Shown here one piece after another: positions 35,880 to 57,720 of a stretch of 64,000 bases of DNA (position 1 is the stretch's first letter; each line of letters starts with the position of its first letter). The notes below the pieces were generated by a model. That model did not search any database and was not told the DNA's origin. It was given only the letters and a program-made list of their open reading frames with translations. Origin of the DNA: Phallusia mammillata (Eukaryota); contig OZ281494.1 of NCBI GenBank assembly GCA_965637545.1, positions 35,774,001 through 35,838,000 on the forward strand. The letters run 5' to 3'. A program made the translations under genes and the position numbers.

Positions 35880-37340
35880 AGTACTACCTCTACGGGAAGC
35901 CCTTGTAGTTATAGTCTTGGGTTCAACATTATGCAGCTAAATGTGGCAGGACTCATTTCATGCAAGCTTAACATCATCGAGCAGCTTGCCAATAACAACA
36001 AAGTCTCGATAATCCTACTCCAGAAAACACATCGGACAACATCGGACAAGCTAGCACTTCCAAATTTCATGCTAGCGAGATTTATCCACAGCAGAACACA
36101 CGTCTCGCCACATTCGTACAAGAAAACCCGAGCTGGACGCCTTCAAGCCGCCGCCCACACAAATGGCAACTTCGCCCTTCCCGGTGTTTCCAACCACATG
36201 TATTTACGCTGCTGACTTCAACTGCCAGCACACGACGTGGGGGTACAACTTAAACAACACAGACGGAGAGCAACTTGTAAACTGGGCCAGCAACACCGAT
36301 CTTACCCTATTTACCATCCAAAGGATGCCTGCAGTTTCCACTCTGCCTGTTGGAATACCGGAACCAATCCTGACCTGGCATTTTCGGCAACCGCCAGTGA
36401 TTTGCCACTCCCGGAGCGCGTGAAGGCGAAATTTCCTTGCTCTCAACACCGACCTTTACTGACCACTGTAGGCAAACAAGCCACGGGCAACATTTACGTA
36501 CAGTCTGTAAGAAATATGCATATACCTATGATCTGGCTATCATACATTCCGATAGTGACTAATACCCGTGGTAATCACTCATATCCATGACGTGTCAGTC
36601 CTGTCAGGCTACCTCCGGATGTGAAGGCTGAAGCGCAGCGAGACTAAAACGGTTTCGGCGGCCTTTCACTTTAACAACAAGAAGGCGAAATGCAAGTTTT
36701 CCGTTTAGACCAGGGACAATAAACTTGTTTTGCAGCGGGTCATACTTTGGTGATCCCTGGTGGAAGACTAATGTAAGAACTCTAAACTTTCACCCACTCA
36801 TTTTGACGTGTAGCTGGGCAGGTCATTCAACTACCACAAACATCTTGAAACTACGCGCAAAACACTCACATCACGCGTTGTTCTTGTCAGACGACTGACG
36901 GCCACTGCCTCGGGAGCGAGCGCGGACATCCTTCGCGTGTCTACCCCAGAACTTCAATACACCCCAGCCGAATGCTGCGCTCGAAAGTATCTTATAGATA
37001 GTGACGTAATGCGCATCGTCACTTCTTCCCTCGCCCAATACAAGTCAACCGTCTAGCCATCCTTGCAAGCATCCAGCCGACTGGCCTCCGCTGTAAAAGG
37101 AGCCACTCTAGGTTGACTTCGCGCCCTTATGGAACAACATCTTCTCCACTACAATACAGAGCCGACCCAGTGCACCACAGTCAAACATTACCACCAAGGC
37201 GCCCCTTTGTACTGGCTGTTAAGCTTCTCGGCGACAACAACAGCTTTTGACGGGCTTGGATGACGAGACAGTTTGTTGGCTGCTCGACAACTGCCCGGAT
37301 ATTTGAAAGTTGATAAAATCGTCCAACAGAAGAAGAGAAG
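35880..37340 (+). mobile_element. Decayed, internally deleted non-LTR retrotransposon (APE endonuclease type, tentatively Ingi/Vingi-like)
   Basis: Frameshifted APE motifs IMQLNVAGL..K, IILLQKTH (catalytic E to K), IYAADFNCQHTTWGY..DGEQLVNWA and SACWNTGTNPDLAF. Degenerate post-RT region (..ILASIQPTGLR..) and a GAA-rich tail at about 37327-37340. Confidence 0.75.
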
Positions 37341-40214
37341 TGGAAACCACGACCGCCAACACATAGTAGAGTTGTAAATCGGGTCGGTTTTTTCAGGTCG
37401 GGTTCAGTTTACTTCAGGTTACATTCGGGCTCGACACCACATTAGTGACGTAGAATCACGTTGGCAAATAAACTTTCAAATCTAACTCGGGATTTATTTT
37501 AAGTACATTTTGGGTTCGAGTCTTAATTTTGTGTCAGCTTACTCTGCTACATACGTTTCAGTACATATGTGCGCGGTAGCAGGTTGGGCATGGTTTTAAG
37601 GATCATTTTAACGTTTAGGGAAATACCAACAGCAGCTACAAGACACAGCGATGGACTAATACCGATGCAGAAAAGTCAGTTCTTGACAACTACTTAACAT
37701 TACAACGCCGCCACAATGATTTCAACGTAACATCTGTTGTAGCCAGCGAACTAACGAGAATCGTGGCGCATTCACCAGCGGTGCAGCATCAGTTACACGA
37801 AAACGTACATGCTATTAACTCTGCTTGCTACATTTAACCAATGCACATTGGAAGTTGCGATGCCTTTAGCTTATCTTGCTTTGTATTGCGTTGTTGCTTG
37901 CGTTTTTTGTTTCTTTTTTTCTACCTCGTGTATTCAAACTGTGATTTAAATGTCGTTTACCATGTTGAACCTAAATAAAACGTTCTATTGTATAAAACTG
38001 TTGTATAAAGAATACAAAAAATATTGTGCGTTTTTGCAGCTGTTTTTCCCATTAAGCTAAAGGAAATTGAACCGAAATACCACATCGGTATTTAGTCGAA
38101 GCGTTGAAGAGAGAAACAAAGTGTTAAGGACTGTTTTTGTCACCCCAGCAACATCACATAACTGAACTTGCCCAACAAGTTTCCCCACAATCATCAACAT
38201 GTTTCACACAAGTACTTTTTGGATGCGATTTTGCCACCTCTAATCCAATTAAACCGAGTAGTAATGTCAATGCCAGAGTTGTTAGTCGGATCCAAATTTC
38301 GTTTCCCGTAATTCGGGCCTAGATTCACACTCGGTCAAATTTGTGTCAAAATTTCAACTTGTATTATGGCTTAATTCGGGATTAAATTCAAAATCAACTC
38401 GGGTTCGGGTTCGCATGTAACTCTGGTCCATGACCAGTGCAGTGCGATGGAGGCTGTGCCCATGTCATGTTGGTTTGCACATCTTATTTCGGGTAAAGCC
38501 ATTTAACAAAGCACTCACCTAACAAAAACCCTGCGAATCTCAAACCTACCCCATCTACGTAATGTAACCTAATATGTGGTTGCATCTCTAGCGCCAACAT
38601 TCGGACAATAATATCACTGCTATACCGACTAATACAAGACGGTTGACGTATCAATAAAATTAACATTCAGCCATGAAATAGAAATCAGCCTTACCTTGGG
38701 CGAGTGAAGTGGATTCGCCAGCGTCCCGCAAACCATGTAAACTAAATCAATATGTAGATGCCGCAGCAGTTGGTCTACACAATATATTCCATGTTGCATT
38801 AACTTTCAAATTCCACTGCACTGTATTTAGCCACAGAGTAAACATTTCAACACATAACTAGACACAAACTGCTGTTGAATAATATTTGATGCAAACAAAA
38901 TATTTATCACACAAAAAAGTCAAACTTGTTCAAACTGCCACAATCCTATCTCTACATCACCAGCTGTTTTTTATTGCTTTCTTAACCCGTGCACATAAAA
39001 CCTTCCACTTGTTTTGCTGAAACGCGAGATTTTCACAATTTCGACGCCGAACAATCCACGCGCTTCCACAAGCGTTATTACGTCACAAAAGCGCCTGTTT
39101 GTTTGCAAGACTCGAATTGAACCGAAGGCAGAGTTTGTGTGTTGGTGTAAAACTCTCAAATAAAATTGCGTCATACAAAAATAAGACCTTAAATGAAAAT
39201 TTACATCGCAACGGTTGATTGAACAAAGCTCGTTCTCACTCAAGCGGCCTGGGTTTCCATGTAACCAACACTGACGCATTTGCAGACGAAATATTTGCTG
39301 CAAAAACTCGAATTACATCTCACGATCGCCGAGAGCACTATTATGACGTCACAGATGAATCGCGTCGCCTGAAGCGACTGAAACAATCGCTTAAATTCCA
39401 AAGGAAGATTAATCTTTAAAAAAGTTAAGCCCGAATTTATGCAGGTTTCGTTGCTTTCACAATTTTGCGGCGTTTCTGTGTTGCCAGGATTTAAGTTAGC
39501 TGCGCTATACAAAGGAATGCTGCTCGTGATTTCTGTCAAAGTTCCACTGCAAGTTCGTTAACCTTCCTTGCATGGTGAACCAATAGGTTACCTGGGATAA
39601 AAATGCTTTTTTTGCATTGGTTTGTCAGTGAATTTTACGTTTTTCAATTTGCAATACTCTGAAGAAACATAAAGTGAAAAAGTTTTAGAATAATACAAGG
39701 GGATAAGAGCAGTTTAAACCAGTTTCAGTATTTAAAATATTTAGTTTGGAAGATCTGCATTATATGTGAGTCCTAAAGGCAATGTAGAAAACCAGTAACA
39801 AATTATTCAATGTTTTTCAGCGAGCAGAGAATTGAAAACCAGGAATCATTATGAAATTGGTGTTTTCTTTGTTGTTCCTTGTTGTGCTTGCAGCCGTGAT
39901 CGAAGGTTAGTGTGAAAACCGATGTCGAGTTTGGGTGAGCAGCAAATGTAACATGTTATGTAAGGAACGGGTTAAGCTTGCGCGGGTCTGCGTTAAACTT
40001 CAATAAGGTTCGAGAAGGAGCAGAATTATAAAAACTAATTATCACACTGGTTCGGGTAACGTTATTACAGGGTTCAAAGCGTTTATAGCAGTGATTCTCA
40101 AACTGTGTGAGTGATTTCCAATTGTGTCGCGATTTTAGGGGATGACATAATGTGCATGATAAAGTAGAAACCTTCTTTGATCTCCTTGTTTAAAGCTGAA
40201 GTAACGTTTATGTT

Positions 40215-40292
40215 TCAAAATACAAATGCTTTGAAACCCAAAAAATATGTTTTTTTTCATATTTTTTGGGTTTCAAAGCATTTGTATTTTGA
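40215..40292. repeat. Perfect 35-bp inverted repeat with an 8-T loop
   Basis: TCAAAATACAAATGCTTTGAAACCCAAAAAATATG (40215-40249), T8, then the exact reverse complement (40258-40292). Confidence 0.9.
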
Positions 40293-40587
40293 TTTTTCTT
40301 GTAAGTGAAAAAAAAAAACGTTTCAACACTGAATTGCTGATCAATAAAATCCTTGGTTTAAACCTGTAACGTTTTTTTTCAAATTAAGTTAAGTTTAGTG
40401 CTGAGATTTCATCTCAATATAAAAATAAACATTTATAGCTTTGCTTTATAAAACAAAGTGAATCAAAATCGGAAAATACCAATGTACATTCAATTGTTTA
40501 TCACTGTTACGTCATACATATTACAAAACAAATCATTATTCACAACAAATAAATACAATAGGGTGACGTCATAATGACCCTTTTGGT

Positions 40588-43500
40588 TTATTTTTTTTGC
40601 ACAATCCGCAAGTTCTTTTGACTATTGTCCATGTGTCGCTTTTGCTGTTGCTTGGTCAAATCCTTAGATTTTCTGTAAGCTTTAATTGCTTCTGTGTAAT
40701 ATTTCACGGCCTCCTTATCACGTGATGTTTTCCCGCAAACGAACCCAAGGTTGTTCAACAAGAGACCGTAGACTCCGTATTTGGCTGCATCATCTCCAAA
40801 CTTGCGTTTCAACAAACTTATTCCTTCCCTGATAGGTTCTTCCTTCAGTTGATGGGAGCCGACCAAACCTAGACTGTATTCAATGTAATGCAAACATCTG
40901 ACCTCACATACACATCGAATTTTGTCGTCGACTTGTGGTAGAGTTTGAATCTGGTGACGCATGTCAGCGATCAAGGTGGTCACGTGATCGACCACAATTG
41001 ATTTGTTTGTGTCGTCACTGTTCATCATTGATTCGTTTGTTTCTACCAATTGCCACGCACAATCCTTTACACCTCTCGCTGCGTCATCGGGACTTTGTTG
41101 CTTTGCATAGAAATCTGATGCAATATGGCAGAACAGGATCGACTCGGGATATTTCTTTGCATTTCGAAATTTTGCAGCAAAATTTTTCAATTCATTTGCA
41201 GTGGTTTTGACTTGACCTTCAATTAACCTCGAAAGTTGCTGTTTTATTAAATTTGCTTCGTTATATTTTCGCCGTTTCACAGAATCTGAGTATTTTTGAA
41301 CCAACTGGAATTTTTCGTTGCTTCCAACTGAAAAACAAAAAGGCACATTATCATTTTTTGACAGTTTTAAACGCACATTAAGCTATATGCTGTTAAAAGT
41401 CCACCAAAAAGTTTACATCAAACTGATGGGAAGGATATTTATATATTTATTTTTATATATTGTGAGTTACTCATTTTCAACACACACTGATAGTTTATTT
41501 TTGGAGGCATGGTTTTCCCATAAACGATGAAAATTGTGACACATCAGTACGAAAACTTGAAAAATATATAGTGCTAAATTATGACAAGTTTTTTCCCACA
41601 TTATTGCCAAAATTTCAAACAATTTCGTTAAAATTTCTCCAGAAAAAAATTATTTTGACAAGAATCAAAGCACAGCTGTCCCACGACAACAAAAGACACT
41701 GAACATGTATATTGTAAATAATTGATGTAAAAAAAGAGTGCTTCAGTGGAAATTACTAAACAAGTGGAAGACAGGAAAAAACAGAAACGAGGAAAACTTA
41801 CTTTTGGGTTGAAATATTTCATCGAGGGCTTTGCTGGTGATGTCACCTAAAAACATGAACAAGTTTGTTTTTTGATACTGTTTATGAAAACCAATTAACG
41901 ACAAATTAAACTGCTTAAAACAACGCACACATAAAATTGATTAGGTAGGGCCAGCCAGTCACGTTTAGTTAAAACTAAACGACTTCTTTCGGGTGTAGCG
42001 AACTTCAGAACTGACAATATGACGTAACAATCTACTAACTTAAGACGTAAGCCAAGCGGCACCGGAAACAGCATTATTATACGCAATAGAAAGAAATACC
42101 TTGTTGTTGTGGTGATGTGACGTCATGCGCTGCTTCTATCTGTTGTGTTTGTAAACTTTGACCTCGTGAGGTGTCACGTGATGTGCTGGGAAGGTCGATG
42201 TTGTTTGCTGGTTTGCTCGATTCTGTCAATCAAAAAACATTGGTTGAAAACTCACTTGAATGGCGGAAGTGACATAAATACACGACTTTATCATGTATGA
42301 ACAGCGACAAAACGTTTATAAGCTAGAAAAATGTTTGTTATTTGCAAGTTTTGTGTCTCGTTATTCAACCAACATTCGATCATACTTTGTGGTGTGTGAA
42401 ATGTTTGGTCACGTGGTGAAAACCGGCGAAGCGGAACGAGTTGATTCTCAGCTGGGCTTTCAACTTTCATATCCATTTGCCTCACAGAATTTGTCACTTG
42501 TTCCAGAATCGCTGCTGGGTTTTGTGCGTCAACTAAACTCTGAAATTTGTCTCTAACTTCAGTTATATCTGGACGTTTTGTTGGATCGTGCTCCCAGCAT
42601 CTTTTCATTTCCTCTTCCATCACTTTGGCTACTACTTTGTCCTTGTTGTTGTCGAGACTTGCTTTCAAATCATCAATCGCATCACAGTCTGGTCGCTCTC
42701 CGTTGATGATGGCATTCGTCAAGGTATTTATTTCTGTTGGTGGATAAGGCTCTTCACAAGTAAGAGACATATGGATTACCAAGCCAAATCCATAGACGTC
42801 GTGCTCTTTTTTAGGCGGCATTGTCACTTTTTTAAGTTTTTCAGGAGCGGTGTATAGAGCTGTGAATTGGATCTTTTCTCCAGTGGCTGGAAGGCGAACA
42901 GTGGTTGATCCAGTTGTAGCAGCAAGCTTTGCCGAGCCAAAATCTGCCAGTCTTGCGTGTAGATCTCTCGTCAGCAAGATGTTTTCAGGCTTCACGTCGT
43001 TATGAACCAATTTGTGACCAGGCAAGTTGTGAATGAAAGCTATTCCGTCTGCTGTTTCGACCAACTGACGAACACGGAGTGGAATTCCTTTGGTGATTTC
43101 GTCATTGAGAAGAAAATCTCTGAGGTTCCCACCTTCATAATACTGCATGACAATTCCCATGCCACACGGCAGGGTCAACCAGCCATATGTCCTCATTACG
43201 TTTTCAGTTTGGGCGAATTGCAGCTTGCCAAGTTCTTTCATGACTCTGTTGAAATTAGTTAATTCAAAGTCAGCCGCTCACCAAAGATCAGACCGAGGGT
43301 AACGAATAACAATGCGCCATTCTACAATCGACATGTGATGCCAGAAACGCCTAAAGTTATGTCAAAGCGAGCCCAAAAGCCGGGGCTTGAAAAATTTTTT
43401 AAAAAGCAGCAAAACGAAACCCAATTAGACTAAAATTACAACACGGTATACAATGCTCATGCATGGGTAAAAAGTGTTTTATGTAAGCCCGCACTCAAAA

Positions 43501-44654
43501 AGCGTAACCAGCAACTCAAAGTCTAAATCAGGGGTGTGCAACCTTTTTCGTCGGTGGGCCATATAATCAATTTCGTACATCAAGCGAGGGCCACACAATT
43601 TTTTTCATGTACCGTATTTACACGTTTTTTTACCCTTCTGTTGGTGCGGCTTGCATTATAATATCATGTCGATATTATTTCCACCCCCTGCGTTTTGTTT
43701 TATTTTGCGTTTAAAATCAACTACAACACTCGCAACCCAGCACCCATTGCGAATAGAAGACCATAGGTCTGGGTGAATTAACTTCCATGCGCTGGTTTAG
43801 CTTATTCTTGTTACGTATAGCAACTTAGGAAATTCCGAAACCTAGCGCGGATTTTTTGTCAAAAGTGCATTTTTACTTGTTCTAAATCAGAGTGTTGTTG
43901 AGGGCCACACTAAACGGCTTAGCGGGCCGGATTGTGGCCCGCAGGCCGCGGGTCGCACACCCCTGGTCTAAAGCATTTGTGCGAGAAAACCGCAACCCTG
44001 GCAACACGTGATGTTAAAGCGTGGTGTTAAAAATGTACAAATGATTTTGCAAACAAAGTTGTAAGCAAACTTACGTATTTTTGAAAAGTTTCTTAGTTTG
44101 CACTCCGCCATGGCATTCCATGACTTTAACAGCAACTTTGTCGAGTTTTCTATGTTTTCCGACGAGAACCACTCCGTAACTTCCAGAACCCACAATACTT
44201 GACTTTGGGTCACACAGAATATCATCAGCATCAAATTCACGCAACTGTAAAAATGAATGAATTTACAAACAGGCCTGTTGCAAAAATTTGGTCAAGCAAA
44301 GCGGGAATATAAGTAACGAGACAAAAACCTTAATCTTTTTTTTGGCGTTTTGCAAAAAGCAATGACATGTTTGGCTGCACAAAGCTCGCCAAACCAGCTT
44401 AAAACGTGCAAAGTCAATGAATTTACAAAGTGGCCTGCTGCAATACATAAGCAAAGCGGGTTTCATAACGATCCAACAACGTTAATATGTTTCAGAAGTT
44501 TTACAAAATCAATTGCTATGGTGGGCTGCACAAAGCTCGCCTACAAACCCGCTTAAAACGTGCAAAGTCACGCATGCAAACATAATTATGCAGAATCAGA
44601 TTGTGTTTGGTCCAAAATACTTACATTAGGTTGACTTGGTTGAGCGCTTTCCAT
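40588..44654 (-). CDS. RIPK-like kinase-TPR gene, copy 2, about 655 aa, 6 exons
   Basis: Exons 44654-44625 (MESAQPSQPN), 44244-44075 (GSGSYG, VAVK), 43245-42386 (HNDVKPEN, DFG, APE), 42222-42100, 41846-41802, 41327-40588. Exons 2-5 have the same lengths and phases as copy 1; total 1968 nt, open. Confidence 0.85.
43529..43965. mobile_element. hAT MITE, 437 bp, in intron 2 of kinase-TPR copy 2
   Basis: TIR CAGGGGTGTGC(A/G)ACC. TSD GTCTAAAT/GTCTAAAG (7/8). Copy 1 has a single GTCTAAAG at the equivalent site (31521-31528). Confidence 0.85.
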
Positions 44655-46994
44655 GGTTGACGATTGTTGTCGTGAATCTTGCGATCTTCAGTATTTCACT
44701 CTGTTGGGCTCGACTGAATACTTCCTATTCAGCTGACGATCGAACGACTTCGTCACAACGGTTACAGTGGATACGACGTCACAATGACTTCGATTGTTCG
44801 GTGTCGCAATTGTGTAAACCATCTGAACGCGAACAACCGACTCCGCAACTTGAAACCTGCGTATTCACTCCTGCCTTTGTGCGCTCACACCGGGCTCTGT
44901 GACGTGATATAGAGCCTTGTTTCAGGCAGTGTTACGCCACAAGCGTGTCTGGGCTCTTGTTTCTATCGTTGGGTCGCAGAAACAAAACGCTATGTAGGCT
45001 GTACATAAGGACACAATGCTGGGGTTTTGCTATCACTACGATTAAATAGCACTTTGTGGCGACAAAACAACCTTGCAATATATTAGTGATGGGATGAGTA
45101 CCCCGTACTCAGTATCGACATATTTTGCCTCAGTTTTCGATACCAACCTTCGATGCCGAAGGTCGGTTTGCACTATAATAATACGGGCAACTTATGGCGA
45201 AAATTTGCTTCGGACAGTACAATTTGGGAAAAAGTTCGGCCAGGTTACGTATATTGTTTCGGATCGTGTGGAGATTACATTTTTATATATGTTTCTGCAT
45301 GTGTGTGTGTGCGCGTATGTACGCCAGCCATGGCAGATAAATTAACTATTGACACTATTTAAGTACTCGGTAATCGGTATCGAAGGTTTTACACGTGGTA
45401 CTCGCACTCGGTATCGGTACTCGCTTCAAAATCTGGCATCGCCTCATCATTACAATGTATGTTTGCATTACCATTAAAGGCAAGTCAGCAAAATAATACC
45501 GAGCATGAATCGTGAGGACAGTTTGATAATCGCAATTATGTGCAAACTATCCACTATGTCGAAATAGCCATCCAGTAGCCCTACGTTGAACTACCAAAGA
45601 TGATTTTGCTTGTCACAGTTCATTTGGTTACTGCAGAGGTGTCCAAACTTTGTTTAATGAGGGACAGTTTTCATCAGGTAAGGCCCGCGAGACAACGTTG
45701 TTTTGCAAAGATTTAAACCAAAGAATTAGAACACAAAATATACGGGATTTGAGGAAATACTGGGATTTTTGTATGCTTCTTTTTCACCGTGTACCATGTA
45801 TGCTTACTTTTTACCGGTTAATAAAGCCCAATGGAAAAGCTTTTGCGTGAAGTAGCCACAACCGAAAAAGCTACTCCAAGCTATGGCGGGCCATACACAA
45901 CACAATTTGAAACAATAGTGGCGGGCCGCACTTTTGTCACTCCGGGGTTAAGGAAAGCAAGTCCCACACAAATATGCGATTAGTGGCGATAAACAGAGAA
46001 AGTAATCTGACTGCTTTTAAGCAGATGTTCCTGACCAGGAATGCGCAAATTTTCTTGCCGGGGAGCTGAATCATTAAGGTTGGGAAATAATAGTTGCTTG
46101 TGTAAAAACATAGAAGAGGGTGCAAGAACTGGTTGGCTGACAGGCCGATGAGGTAAGGTAGCAAGGTTGCGCAACCTTTCAACAGCGCCTGTCAATTGCC
46201 TTATTATTTCCATGTGGTAACAACTTCGCGTGCCAACATTTTTTGTGGGTAATAGTGGTTTGTACCAGCTGATATCGGTGGTAAACCGACAGCAGACAGA
46301 TTTGCGCGGGTAGGTTGGATTTAAAGACTGTTGAATGATAAACACACTGAAAGCAAGCAGTGTAACAGTTTCAATTAATACTTCAACATAAACACGCAAA
46401 TCGGTTAGCGTGCCTTGAAATATCACCTCGAGTGCCAACTTTGACACGCGTGCCAGGGGTGCGGATCCCAAAATCACTGCTATAGCGGCAAAGATTTAAC
46501 TTGGATCTATTTCTGAGTCATACGGGGATAAACTAGAGTAAACTAAGAAAGTATTTAAATGATGTACGCATGTACCTATCGATTGATCGTTCCTTCTGGG
46601 TTATTACATCAACAGGTTTGGACTCATTAGCGAAAGAATTTCAACCAACAGCAAAAACAACACACAGCATCGGTAGGTTTTAACAAGCAGGGTTGCAACA
46701 AAGTAACGCTTTGATTCCACCTAACGGAACAACCATGGTTAGTTTAAAATGTTCACAGATTTTGGAAAGTTCTTTGTAACTTGTAGCAGCAATATTAAAA
46801 GCATTGTTCAGTGTACAAGAGATAAGGATTAACAACATAACGAGTTCAAGCCTTGAATATTCTAACAAATTAAGAAAAAGTTGCCAGTTACAGTTTCAGG
46901 CAAGGTTTGAAAGTTATTCAAATGTAAATTTATAAAATGCAACTTCAGTGATTAAAAACTGTTGAAATTGTAAATGTTGAAACACGAATAAAAG

Positions 46995-56366
<9,372 letters not shown>

Positions 56367-57399
56367 TGTCAACACATCCTCAACTTGTCAAAGACTTAAC
56401 CAGACTTGATTGGCACAATATGTGGGCGTGTGTGGGGTTACTACAGGCCAAACTTCACCATATTAAGTGCAGTTGTTATTGTAACAAACAAATTCGATTT
56501 ATAACTAATGCTGTTTGTTCAACAATGGAAACCTGTTAAATAACAAGTTTTTTGTTAACCCATTGTGTCGATGTTCCACAATAACAATCAAACACAAACA
56601 GCATTCTTAACATTACCAATCATGTTATACCAACTATGATATTACTATTGACAACTTATAACACAAACGTTCAATCAGCACAACATGAAATTTGCCTCAC
56701 TGCCAGAAGTTCTGCCGCAAGCAACCGGCTTAAGGTACCAAAATAATTTTCAGCTTTGCCGGAAAACATGAACCAATAAACCGCGGAATTTTGTGCGAAT
56801 TTGCGAGGCTGCTGTCATTTACGCTGCTAGCTAAAGATCTTCAACAGTTTGTGTTCGTGATTAGCCAGTGAACTTTCTATATCTGTGTCGTGCAAGTAAC
56901 ATAACTATGAAATGCAAATTCAAACTAACCAAGCAGATGTTTATGTTATGACAGACAGTGGCGGCTTACAACCTTATAACATCTACTAGTGCAACGTAGC
57001 TAAAATAATCTGCTTTAAAATATAACTTACATTATTCAATGAGTCGTTACTCGCATCAATTACTTGATAAGTGTCGCATAAAGTTATTGGTGCAATGACG
57101 TATGTTTTATGCAACTTTGACTCCTAAACAAAGCCAAGTGTTCTAAATCAGCGGTTGCTTGCAAAAAGGCTGGACACTAAGCTCCGTTAAAGAGAAACCC
57201 TAGCAGACACAGTAAAATTCATCTTGTTATCTGAAGTATTTTCCACACAAGAAATACATTTTACAGAACACAGCACCACTATCTCGATCTTACAAAGCAG
57301 GTCTAGCTTTTAACTGAGAATCCACAAAAATTTCGACTTTCACTTCAAACCACAATCAGGAATCTGTTTCTTGTCAAACAAACGGTGAAAAATGTTGCC

Positions 57400-57720
57400 G
57401 CGGAAACCATTAAGTCAAATGGCTGGTCCAGTGTCAGATAAGAAACAACTTCTACAAGCAAAACTGAACTGAACTCCAACTCGATCTGGGGTCTGGAAGC
57501 TTCCAGCCTTCGCTATCAGCAGCAACAGACGAACTGCGGCTCAACTGCCAACAACTCAATTCCCGAGCCGCGCAGATTGTGACGTCACAAGGCGTGCGTC
57601 GCGCTCTCCTCGCTTCGACGTCGGAATGTTGCGTCTGTGACGAAGCGCGATTTCAATTGTCGAGAGATGATGGCTGTGTTACGTCACAATCCGCCAGGTG
57701 TGTAAACTGGGTTCAGTCGA
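57400..57720 (-). promoter_or_regulatory. GC/CpG-rich island upstream of the ZAK-like gene; probable promoter or 5' UTR exon
   Basis: Local GC and CpG enrichment with TGACGTCA (CRE) at about 57580 and related ACGTCA motifs, between the TRRAP stop and the ZAK ATG. Function is inferred. Confidence 0.4.
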
